Below are positions 24,436 to 36,400 of a DNA stretch of 64,000 nucleotides, in pieces. Origin of the DNA: Zygnema circumcarinatum SAG 698-1b (Eukaryota; Plantae; Zygnematophyceae); the NCBI GenBank assembly GCA_037447605.1, contig CM074817.1, forward strand, positions 1,116,001 through 1,180,000, read 5' to 3'. The notes under the pieces are model-generated. The model saw only the letters and a list, made by a program, of their open reading frames with translations, was not told the DNA's origin and made no database searches. The translations under genes and the position numbers were made by a program. How positions within the stretch are numbered: position 1 is the stretch's first letter; the number at the start of each line of letters is the position of its first letter.

Positions 24436-25205
24436 TGGCTTGAGCAGGTGACAACTTCATTCGCTTACTGCAGCCTCTCTCGCATTGTATAGACTTCCAA
24501 TCACAAGAGAAGGGAAACTTCACTGGCTGGAGAACATCATCAGAAGGGATAGCGCAGCTACAATGATGAGTGCGGCGCTCTCAGTATTGCAAGGAGCGCT
24601 CTCTTTCTCGCTCTACCTCTCTCTCGCTCTCTCGCTCTCTCGCTCTCTCTGTCGCCCTCTCCCTCTCAGCTTACCCTCTCGACTATGAGGTCCGTTCACA
24701 GTGATAGAACAGAAGACAGATAGTTCCTTGTAGATGGGCGCTGTTGAAGCACGCACGGTGGATGGTGGTAAGACTCTCTTATTGTCGTGGGACCCAAAAA
24801 AAATCGGTTAATGTCGTAGTTGGAGATGTGACGAGGGACGTAGACATGTGGTGGGGGATCATGGACTGTAGGAAACAATAGAGGGGCACTCTGTATTGAC
24901 CGGCTGGTTCATTTGTGGCCATATGAGTCCGCAGTGTCTTCAATGCGCTGAGACTTCTCATCCATGATATACATATCATACGTCATCATACAGTATTAGC
25001 GGTCAGGAAATAAAACATTCTAATTCTTTTGTCCTTTTAAATCTGGGGGAGTGTGGTCACGATGTTGGAGCTGTGTGAGTTTGGCAAAATTTGGATTGTG
25101 TCCAAGGCAGCGTGCTTATGTGGCTTTGGTTTTCAGATAACGAAAAGATAATGTAGGTGTACTCTATTTGTGTAAAAGATTGTTATATTTAAGACCTTTT
25201 ATGCT

Positions 25206-25278
25206 GCCGTCCTAGCTCAGCTGGTAGAGCGCCAGGCTCTTAACCTGGTGGTCGTGGGTTCGAGCCCCACGGACGGCG
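25206..25278 (+). tRNA. tRNA-Lys (anticodon CTT)
   Basis: 73-nt cloverleaf: acceptor GCCGTCC/GGACGGC, anticodon arm CCAGG-CT CTT AA-CCTGG, T arm GTGGG TTCGAGC CCCAC. Confidence 0.97.
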
Positions 25279-25402
25279 AGAGTCGATATTGTTCATTTTC
25301 ACCTTATATCGCCATAACATTCGTCTTTGCCAAGATTTTTGCCGAGGAAGGGCTAATATTCCTCCAACCTGCACATCATGAAGTCCCGGGCCGGCTCGCC
25401 GC

Positions 25403-25819
25403 TAGGGATGGCCCGCGTTATAAATTCCGAATACATTATATATTTTACAACGGGTTTAAATTTAGTAATATATTACAAAGTAAAACACTTTATTACATAT
25501 ATTATTATACCCACTCGTTTTGAACAATTGACGGCCGTATGACCGTACGAGTACGGTCGTACGGTCGTACCATACCAAAATTAGGTCGTTTTGGCGTTGG
25601 CGTTGCGAAATGCGTCCGTCTGGTTCACTCTGTCTGCTCGTGCTCGTGCTCGCCGCCGAGAGGCAGGAACATGTACGGTCGTACATGTTGTTGTTGTTGT
25701 TGTTGTTGTGACCGTACATGGTGTAAAGGCGTTGTAAAGTAATATATATCAGCCGTTATCTAGTCGTCACAGTTGTATAATATAATATATATTATATAGT
25801 CGTAATTAATCCATCCCTA
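25403..25819. mobile_element. hAT-type MITE (417 bp)
   Basis: TIR TAGGGATGG/CCATCCCTA, perfect 8-bp TSD CTCGCCGC (25395-25402, 25820-25827), subterminal CGTACG repeats. Confidence 0.92.
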
Positions 25820-26097
25820 CTCGCCGCGACTCATGCATGCATGGCCTTCCACCCCCACTCCAGCATGAAGAGCATGAACACATGACATGGCGCTAGAAAG
25901 CCGTGGGATGCATGCGCATCATCCGGCGGGAGGGCCGGCCAGGCTTGCCTCGCTGGATGCGCGGCAGGAGAGAGCAGGCACCATGCGGGCAGTTGGTTCC
26001 CCGATCTCGACGGCAAAACAGGAACGTGGAAACAAGAGCACGATCTCGTCGAGAATTATTGGGAACGAGACGCAGACTGTATCTGTTGTAAAGTAGA

Positions 26098-26170
26098 CGC
26101 CGTCCGTGGGGCTCGAACCCACGACCACCAGGTTAAAAGCCTGGCGCTCTACCAGCTGAGCTAGGACGGC
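26098..26170 (-). tRNA. tRNA-Lys (anticodon TTT)
   Basis: Identical to 25206-25278 except at the anticodon first position (CT TTT AA). Confidence 0.97.
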
Positions 26171-27058
26171 ACATGTTTCAAATTGTAAATGTATAATTAT
26201 AATTTTATATCTGACATACTACCCGACGGGTCCGCATCTGCCGCGTTCGCTCCGACCCACCAGGTTCACTGCACCGGGACGGGTATTCGTCCCAAATGTC
26301 TCCTTTCTTGCCCGTACTTCTGCCCGAAATCAACGGTCAAGACCACTTAAAACATATGCGAACCACTCACTGTACGCCACATCGGCTCCAAACTTCTGTC
26401 TCCTTACGTCCAAATGCAATGTACTGATCGTTGCATCCCCCCTGGACATGCGCCGTTTGTCGTCCTGTCCAGGTGGACCGCCACGTCATCGAGCCCGGCC
26501 GGCAAACACGCCGGCCGGTCAACGTTTTGGCCCCATTTTCCTGCTGGCCGGCAGCAAAAGCGCCGGCCCGTCGTGCCGGCGCGTGCGCTGGCGGGTACTT
26601 TCTCCGGCGGGTGCCCCCGCACGTGTGAATGGTCTGGAGGGAAAGTGCTCCCGCAGGGAAAGTGGGAGGCGAGGACTGTGGGCAAATGGGGGGGAGACAC
26701 GTCGCACTACCGCAGGGCGGTGGGTAAGAGAATGCAGGGGGGGAGGGGGAGTGGGAAAGGGAGAGGGAGAGAGAGGGAGAGGGAGAGGGAGAGGGAGAGT
26801 TTGAGAGAAAGGGAGAAAGAGTGGGCGAGAGGGAGAGAGGGAGAGAGATAGAGGGGGAGAGAGAGAGAGGGAGACACTTTAGTATAATAGAAGAGGAAAT
26901 TGAAGTACTGGGGGGTGTCAAGATAACCCTTTATACTTTAAATATTTATCCTCCTTACTTGATAAGTGTACGCATGCTCCCTTAAGCTTCTTGGTTCGAG
27001 TTCTTTTTTTAAAGTTTAATATTAAATTGAGTGAAGTTTCTTGAAAAGGGCTGAAAAA

Positions 27059-30000
27059 ATGAACAACCCGTTTCCGAGAGAGCCTCCGGAGCTCCCTCTC
27101 GTGAAGGGAGGGCTCCTGTTCCATGCCCAAGACATTCCGTTACAAAAATTCGGAGCAGGCGAGGAGTTCTCTGTGAGGTGGGACCCACAGAACGGCGGAG
27201 CTCTGCAAGTATGGCACAACAGGTTGGCAAACCAGCTATGACCTGAAGGACAATACGTCATCCAACAATGGTGGGAGAGCGAGCGAGAGAGCGGGGGGCG
27301 AGAGAGAGAGGGAGAGGGAGAGTGGAAGAGAGGGAGAGGGAGAGAAGGAGAAAGGGAGAGAGAGAAAGAGGGAGGGGGAGAGAGGGAGAGGGAGGGGGAG
27401 AGGGAGAGAGAGAGGGAGAGGGAGGGAGAGGAAGGGAGAAGGGGGGAGGGGGACAGGGAGAGAGAGAGGGAGGGCGAGGAAGGGAGAAGGGGGGAGGGGG
27501 AGAGGGAAAGTGGGAGAGAGAGAGAGAGAGAGAGGGTAAAAGCAGATTACGATCAGAAGTTTGAAGGCAATTCTCGTACTTTTTGGGCATTCGCTAATGC
27601 TGAGCTGGAAGGGAGGAGAGCGTTGTGAGAGAGATCGTAGGAGGGATGAAGGGGAGAGGTCTGACTCACATTTTGGGGCAAGCAGTGAACCGGATCGGGT
27701 CCTTTGGAGCTCCCTCCCGGGAGAGTCCTTTGTTACGGCGGCGCTTTCGAGAGAGAGTGTGAGAGAGAGCCATGGATCGTACGCAGTGGGAGAGAAGGTG
27801 GAGCTCATATGCAGGCACCAAACAGGCAAGCAAACTTTGATCCTTACTAGTCATGTTAGCCCCATGCTTTGCACATGCTCCTTCATTCCAATGAGAAACA
27901 ATCCTTGCTAGCATTGATTCTTTTAATCATTTCAGAAATAGAATGGGTCTTAGAGAAAAGTTGGGATTGGAGGTGATTGATCACTTGCATGACGATAATG
28001 ATGAAGGGGTTGGCTTTCACTCTGCAGTTGAATTCATTACCACTTTTAACCCAAAGGAGATCGGCACCATAGACCGATCCAAAGCTGTCACAGACTATGT
28101 CAGAGCCCTCTCGAAAGGAGAAGGAAAAGGGGAAGAGGAAGACGAAGAAGATGAAGAAGAAGAAGAGATCTCAGATTTGTCTCAAAGGTCTCTCATTCGA
28201 CTAAGTTCCGACTCTGACTCGGACGCATCATCCGGAATACAGGAGGTGTTGCAATTTGACTCGGACGAGTCGACTTCAAGCAGTGTGTTTGAATTGGCCA
28301 GCCAAGATTCGGAACTTGACTCAACTGTGTTCTATGAAACCAACATTGGAGAAACGGCACAAAACATAGAAAGTCAGAGTGAGGTTTCTAAGCAAGAGCT
28401 GCTTCTGTTGAATGAGGAAAAGGAGGGTCAGAAACTTGTAGTTGGAGGGTGGCTATTTGTAGATATTGAGGAAGCTGAAGAGTGGATGAGGACTAATGAG
28501 CAAAAGGGAAGCTATAGAGGAGGCAAAGGTAGGTGGAGACCCACATTTTTGGACCACCATATGATGGAAATTTCTGAGGAAGAAGAGCCGAAAAATGGAG
28601 CGGCTCGGTATTGGCTGATATTTGAAGAGGCAGAACATCATAGGCTTAGTTTTACTGTCACTTTAGAGCAGCCACCGTATTTAAAGGAGCAGTTTGAGGA
28701 GTACAGCGATGCATGCAGGTCTTCAGAGTATGGAGAGAGCGAAGAATGCGGAGGAGTAGTAGGTGATAACTACATTCAATCAGACGATGAAACTCGATTC
28801 TCGGAGGATAGTATGAGCTTAAGCAGAAGAATCCGTCGCAGTATGCCTCTGGATATTAAAAATTCTGCAGATATTGCTCGTGGAAAGGCTAAGGAAAAGT
28901 ACCTTCAAATGTCGATCCCCCGGCATTCACTTGAGTGGCTATTTGGAGAGTCGCCGATTCCTGCATTCAGTTTAGCAGGAGGAGGAGGAGGAGGAGGAGG
29001 AAAAGGAGGGAGAGGGGGAAAGGGAGGGGGGATTCATTCAGCTTCTAATCCAAATCTCCTCTCCAATTCAAGATACAAAAATGGGGTTGCTTCTTTAAAC
29101 ATAAACCGGACTGCAACATACTCCCCCCGACCGATTGTTATTTCTTTATCCGCTCCTTCTTTATCAAGGACGGAAGCCATTAGGGTTAGGAAAACAGCAA
29201 GCAAAGATGTGATTTGGGGGTCTCAAGGAAATGGAAAGCTCCGAAGTCAGAAGTTTCAACTAAACAGGATTCAACTCACTTATGCATCCCAACAAGATGA
29301 ACGGATATTTGGGTTTGGAGAACAGTTTTCTTACCTGGATATGAAGGGTCGCAGGGTACCGATTCTTGTACAGGAGCAGGGCCTAGGCCGAGGAGACCAG
29401 CCTATTACAGCTGCTGCAAATTTAGTTGCACACAGGTGAAATTTTTTTCTTACACTGCTGACTTTTTTGGAGGATTTTGATGCCAAAGTTAGGTCATTCG
29501 ACCTTGAACTATGTTCTCATTCATCTTTTCTTTCTGCTTTCTCTGCTCTCAGGGTTGGAGGTTCTTGGCATACAACTTATGCCCCAGTGCCGCATTACAT
29601 CACATCTGAAATGAAGTCGCTCTACCTTGAAGGATATCGCTATGCTGTTTTTGACCTGCGATTGAATGACAGAGTACAAGTACAGGTAGGGGCTCTCCCT
29701 CCAATCCCTCCTTGCCTTCCTGTCATCTCTTTCCTTCTCCCGCTATCAATACTTTTTCATTTTTTTTTTTTTTTTTTTGCTATCTCTATCAATTTTACCC
29801 TGATTCTAAGAGCCTGCTTCTTGTTTCAGGTCCATGGCCGCAGATTGAAAGGGTTTATCATCCATGGCCGCAATCCTGCAGAGCTCATAGAGCGATACAC
29901 GGCAGCCATTGGACGCATGAGGGAGCTTCCAAGATGGATATTGAAAGGAGCGATCATTGGAATGCAGGGTGGAACTGAGAGAGTTCGAAAAGTTTGGGAG

Positions 30001-32559
30001 CAGTTGAAGGAACACAAAGTGCCCGTTTCTGCCTTTTGGTTGCAGGTGAAAAATCTCTGAACATATGTCCTATCTATTGCCGATTTGAGTAAGAGCAGCT
30101 CAGAAGGATCGTAGAGTGGTTATGTTTTCCGAGTTGACATGCATGCATTGTTTTGAACAAGGATTGGCTTGCTTAAAGTTCAGACACAGTTTCAAAATGG
30201 TGGAGAATAAGTTGTTTGGGTTTGCTGACTGCTCGTGCATTCATTCTGTTGCACTCACTCAGTCACTTTTCATTCTGTTGTTTCATTTTGTTGTTGTTTC
30301 GTTTTGTTGTTGTTTTATTTTGTTGTTGTTTCATTTTGTTGTTGTTGCTGTTGTTGTTCAGGACTGGGTCGGTCAGCGGAAAACAAGCATTGGATGGCAG
30401 CTGTGGTGGAATTGGGAGGTGGACTCGGACCATTACCCGCAGTGGGAAAAGCTCACTGCTGATTTGAAGAGCGAGGGAGTTCGAACCATGGCATATATCA
30501 ACCCTTTCATTGCACCTGTAAGCACCATCATGCTGCTCTTGCATGGTGCATCCTTTACCTTGTTTTTTTATTATTTTGATGAAGACTCCCCCATATCTGT
30601 ACATTTGCTACTTTCAGCGAGTATAAATGCAACGTTTTCATGTGGCTAATTTGCTTTCACACTTTTTCTAAATGATTTTGTCTGAGCAGTCTGATGAGAA
30701 GTCGAACCGAAGGCGAGACTTCTTCAAAGAAGCTTTGAGTAAAGACTATTTATTGAAAAACAGGAAGGGAGAGCCGTACTTTATTCCAAACACAAGCTTC
30801 AGTGCGGGCATGGTTGACATCACCAATCCAGATGCGAAAGCATGGCTGAAAGAGATCATAAAAGGAATGACTGCTGGAGGGGTCCAAGGATGGATGGCTG
30901 ATTTTGGAGAAGCTCTTCCCTTTGACTGCGTTCTCTTTTCAGGTAAAGCAGTTATGATAGTTTCCAAAATACAGTCAATGACAATGACAGAACGATTTGA
31001 TGCTAAATGCATGGCAGTGAAACGTAAACGGCAGCTGTAACATCGTTTTCTTACTTCTTACATCATTCGTTTTCATACTTCTTGCAGGCGAAAATCCTGC
31101 CGATGTACATAATCGCTATCCCGAGCTTTGGTCAGAACTCAATAGAGAGGTTGTGGAGGAGAGGGAAGAAGAAATCGCAAAGGAGAAGCAGCAGCAGCAG
31201 CAGCAGCAAGCAATTGGAGATGACGAAACTTGGAACTCTGAAGTTCGGACGGCAGAAAATGACGATGAAGACAAGCATGTTTTCTTCGCCAGAGCAGGAT
31301 ATAGAAACAGTCCAAAATCTGCAACTCTCTTCTGGGAAGGAGATCAAATGGTTAGCTGGCAAAGGCATGATGGAATTAAGAGCTCGGTAACTGGTCTTCT
31401 CAGCGGCGGACTTTCTGGATTTTCCCTAAATCACAGGTAAAGCAAGCAAGCGAGCAAGCAGCTCTGTTCGTCTCACAATTTTCTTGAAAACAGGCACAGA
31501 TATTGATCAGATTTAACGAGTATGTGGATGTTTGGATGCAGTGATGTTGGCGGATACTGCACTGTGGATCATCCTTTACTCAAAATTCACCGCAGCGAGC
31601 AGCTTCTCATGCGATGGATGGAGGTTAATGCGTTTACGACTATCTTCCGCACTCATGAGGTGGGCAGGTTGTCTCCATAACATGCATTTCAGTTTTTGAG
31701 GGGATGCAAGGCAGAGAAATGGCAGAAAAAGGCACAGAAAGTTTTACTTTTGTCTTGTTTGTATATTGCAGGGCAACTCTCCAGCATCCAATGCTCAATT
31801 CTACGATAACTCGACGACTATGGCCCAGTTTGCACGTTGTGCAAATATTTACAAAGCATGGGAGTTTTACAGGATACTTCTTGTCAAGGCAAGTGTTCTG
31901 ATAAGAATCTGTTTGCACTGCTTGTCAATCTGTCCTCTAAAGAGAAAAAAATGCATGCAGATAATCTGCAACCTTTCTATTCCGCAACTGCAAACCTAAC
32001 GACAGAAGAATCCATAGGCATCATTCAACGTTAACATTCCGTTTGTGTTCTTTTGAGCAGGAAGCAGCTGCAACCGGAATGCCAGTTGTGAGACACATGT
32101 TCCTTCATTATCCGCATGACCGAACAGTTTACAAACTGGTCTATGAACAATTTCTTGTTGGAACGGAGCTTCTTGTAGCTCCTGTTTTAGACAGAAACTG
32201 CAGCCAAGCACAGGCATACCTGCCTGCTGGTGATCAATGGGTGCATCTCTGGACCGGAAAGGTAATGAAAATAGCTGTTTCTTCAACTTCTTCTGCGATA
32301 TCTTATCAATTTTTGCAAACACGCGCGTAGAAAACGGTGTGCTTTCTTTGCATGTTTGCAAAAACCCTGACGCTCGACTCTGGTAAACCACTTGCAGACA
32401 TATGGAGCCCATCCTGACGGCAAGATTGGAGTGAAGGTATCTGTGGATGCTCCAATTGGTTTTCCCGCCGTGTTTTTGAAGAAAGGTTCAACAATTGCAG
32501 ATGAATTTCGGAATAATCTTGTTTCTGTCGGAGTTCTTGAAGAAACGGCACACGCTTAG
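27059..32559 (+). CDS. Glycoside hydrolase family 31, YihQ/sulfoquinovosidase-like alpha-glucosidase
   Basis: Twelve inferred exons (27059-27221, 27686-27825, 28028-29435, 29553-29685, 29830-30045, 30362-30517, 30690-30942, 31088-31436, 31542-31659, 31772-31888, 32061-32261, 32398-32559). FGFGEQFS, WLQDWVG, nucleophile motif WMADFGE, WEGDQ, HSDVGGY, RTHEG. The start codon is uncertain. Confidence 0.92.
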
Positions 32560-33436
32560 AGAAGAAGACGGCGAAGTCGGCTCCTTCTCCATTGCTCGGA
32601 TGGTTTTCTAAGGCTTAGGATTGTTAGGAGTTTGATTTGCCTTTTATTGCCTTTAGAAAAGTTGAGAGCACGCCCTTATTTTTGCAGGTTTTCCGTCTGT
32701 ATAAATGTATTTCGCTTCAAATGTAGGTCAGGACCTGCTGCACTCCAGCATATTTCTGTATATTTCAGCAATTCTTTTTAGTCTTTTTTAGAGGAGCAGC
32801 GCTTCCCGTGTGAATCTTTTTTTCTTGTGAATAGTCATGAAGCTGAAATCAGTAAAAGATGAGGCATTGCTCCCATTCATTGCAAAGAAACTTTCATGGG
32901 AATGCAAGTGAGCATGGCAACGATTCATTCACTTACAGGCCTTCCCTGTTTGGAGAAATGGTCAGAGTGAACTGACACGCAAGCTGCCTTCACATCTTCA
33001 ATCTGCTGCACATTAAGCATTTGAAACTCATCTCCTTTCTTGCAAGCTGCAACGACCTCATAATGTTGGCTTCAAATGAAAACGTTTCACATCTTTCAAA
33101 AATCACAACACCACACATTTCTTCAGTCTTCCCTTCCCTTTCCCTTCCTCCCAATTTCCTCCACAGATGGGCCCAAGCGAGAGCCAAATCCCTCCCTTGT
33201 CCTTCTCAGTTCCCTTCACTAGCCCCACTTTCTAAACCACGAATTCCCTTCCTGCATTATGGCGTACATAGCCAATCACGACTCGCCAAGTGTACAACTT
33301 GTACACGTGGCGCGTCGTCATTGGCTGTTGCTCGCTTTCAAGCTCGAAGGAGCCTCTTTCCCCTCCCTCCCTCTTTCTCCGTTCCTTCCACTCTCCTTCT
33401 CTCCCTCGTCCAAGCTCTCCCTGCTGCCGCGAAGCC

Positions 33437-36400
33437 ATGGCTTCCCCGGGGCACGACCACGACAGCTGCGGGGTTCCTGCAGTCCCCGGAGCCCCCTCCT
33501 CTTCGTACGCGCTGCTCTCTGTCGAGGAAGCCACCTCCATCGTGCTGGCGCATGCCCTGCGCCTGCCTGTCGTCACGCTGCCCTTCAACGCTGCCTATGG
33601 CTCCATGTTGGCAGAGACGGTCTATGCGAGGGAGCCTCTGCCGCCATATCCTGCATCTATCAAGGTCAGCGCTAAGCCTCCTTTTTCTGCTACTGCTCGC
33701 TTCCAATTCTCGGCTTTCAAACCTTAAAACTCTCATGATAGGCCTGCTTTCCAAAGCATTGGAAGTCTTGTGGAATTCTAAACATCCCTGAGAATGGACG
33801 GAATTCTGAGCGTCGAAAAGATGGCAAAGCAGGGAAATGTCTGAATGCTTTAGCTGCTATATTAAGCTTTTCCGAGGTTCGGCAACTTTAAGGCACTCCT
33901 CATACCTTTTCATGATCCTGTAAAGCCCTCTCCAACTATCACAATGCGGCTACAACTTGAAAACTAAGGTTATGGTTATGAAAGGTGCTGTGCACGCAAT
34001 GCGTTCCGTTATTGCGTAACTGAATGCTGGCCGGAGTCGTTACGTGATTTCAGTCCAGAATTTTTTTCATGGCACGAATGAACCACGGTTCTTTTGGAAA
34101 GGCTCTACGAGCATTGCCTTGATAAAAAGAATTGCGCCTGCTTCATATTTGCTGTCTTTGATCACTCAATTTTTCATCTGTTTCCTTCGCTTCCTCTTTT
34201 TTCTTGCTCTCTATAGGATGGTTATGCTGTTATCGCTGAGGACGGCCCTGGAGAGTATCCAATAATTGCTGAAGCACGGGCTGGAGATGACGCAGCCAAT
34301 GTAGTGGTGACACCTGGCACGGTGGCTTACATTACCACTGGAGGTAAGGCCTTTTTCATTTTTTTTTCATTTTTTGGGTTGTTTTTTTTGAAATCTGTGC
34401 CCCTTCTCACTTGGACAACGTCTGAATATTTATGCACTTACACATTACATTTTCTTTTTGTAAGTTTCCATCGCTAATTGCACTGCATATGCCCTTAGAG
34501 GTCTCGAGACAATGGTCCTGCGTAGACACTCTCCAAAAAGAAAAAATGCACTTTAAAGTATTTTCCTTGTTTTCTTGTCTTTCTTTTCACTCCAATTTCT
34601 TACATGCAAAATGCGCATGTAGCGCTGTGGATGAAAGAAACAGCATAAGTCGTGAGGAGAACAATTTCACATTGTCCGTTTCCTTCTAGTTGAGTACTTT
34701 ATTTGGTTTCAAAGTGCAGGCCCTGTGCCCGAGGGAGCAGATGCAGTCATTCAAGTAGAAAATACATTGCCACTGCCCGATGGAGAAAATAACCAGAAGA
34801 GAGTGAAGATTGTGAAGGGCGCAAAGAAAGGCGAAGATATTCGACCTGTGGTAAATTTTTTCCCTTGTTTTCACGTCCAGACTAGACTAGACTAGAACAA
34901 GACATGTCTAGAGCAGACAAATCAACAGACACATCTTTACTGTAAACTCTCTGCTCTTGTTCTTTTGAGAACACATACAATTCAGTCTTGCGAGGAACTT
35001 CACCAATTTTTTTTTTTGGCTTCACCCTGCAGGGCTCTGACATTACGGAGGGGGAGATAGTTCTGAAAGCGGGCGTCGTAATCAAGGCTGCAGAAATTGG
35101 CCTTCTTGCAGCCGTGGGGGCTACTGAAGTGAAGGTACGATTTTCCAGCCACGCACGCCTGTACTTTGTCACGCTTTGTTTATCTAAATGAAAGACATCG
35201 GAGTTAATCCAGTTACTCTCGCACCTCCCTTCTCCTTGCCAACGATTACCTCCCATATCTCCTCTCCATGGGTAGTCATCAGGATGATTGGAGCAGAGGT
35301 AGTTGTCCGCCTCTGGTCGCATATGTACTCTTGAACGGTGGGATAGAACTGGTGACGTGGCATTGATTACGTGGCATTAGTGACGTGGCAGGTGTATCCG
35401 AAGCCCATGGTTGCTGTGCTCTCAACCGGAGATGAACTGGTGGACCCACAAGATAGAGCCACCCCGGGCCGCGGAATGGTAGGCTGTACCTTGCTCGGCA
35501 GAAAGTGGGAGAGGGTGAATCTTTGAAGTGGAATTTTAGGGTTTCAGGGTTGTGTTTGACCTTCCTATGTTCAGGATCTGAGGGCTCTTATTTGGAAAGA
35601 GCTTCTCTTATCGTTTCCCTTCGTCTCCTTTCTCCTCTCATACGTTTTTTTTAGTAAACTTTTGCCCTCTTTATTTGCTTTGGCCTCGAACTTCTGGATA
35701 AAGTTCTAAAATGAAATTCAATGTTACCGTGTTGACAGATTCGAGATGCAAATCGGGCAATGCTTTTAGCTGCAGCAAGCAGCCATGGCTGCCGCACAAT
35801 GGATCTTGGCATAGCAAGAGATGTAGAAGGAGACTTGGAGAAAAAGTTGGATGCTGCACTTGAAGCGAAATGTGACATTTTTATTACCACAGGAGGGGTG
35901 TCTATGGGGGATCGGGACCTCGTCAAACCACTTCTAGAAAGAAGGGGGAAAGTCCACTTCGGAAGGGTGAGATTTTGATGCCTTTTTTTACCTTCTGCTC
36001 ATCCCTTTCATTTCAAACTGGGTCACCTAATGCTTAACGCTCAATAGAGTGAGTGACATGCAGGTTTTGATGAAGCCGGGAAAGCCGCTGACATTTGCTA
36101 CTATCGATATTCCTGTGGGAGAAAGAGGAAGCCATAGAGTCTTGGCTTTTGCTCTGCCTGGAAACCCTGTCAGCGGAGTTGTCTGCTTCAACCTCGTTGC
36201 TGTACCCGCTATTCGAAAGCTTTCAGGCCACGCCGATCCCTCCCTTCGAAGGTGCGGTTTATAATGCCTTTTGTGCCCTTTTTCCAGCTCCCCTCCCCCC
36301 CTTTCTCCGCCTCTTCTATTCCTTTTCAAAACCCCACTATAGCCCATGTCTTACAAACCCTTTCTATCGCAAGCCAATGTGATTAACATGTCACTACCAT

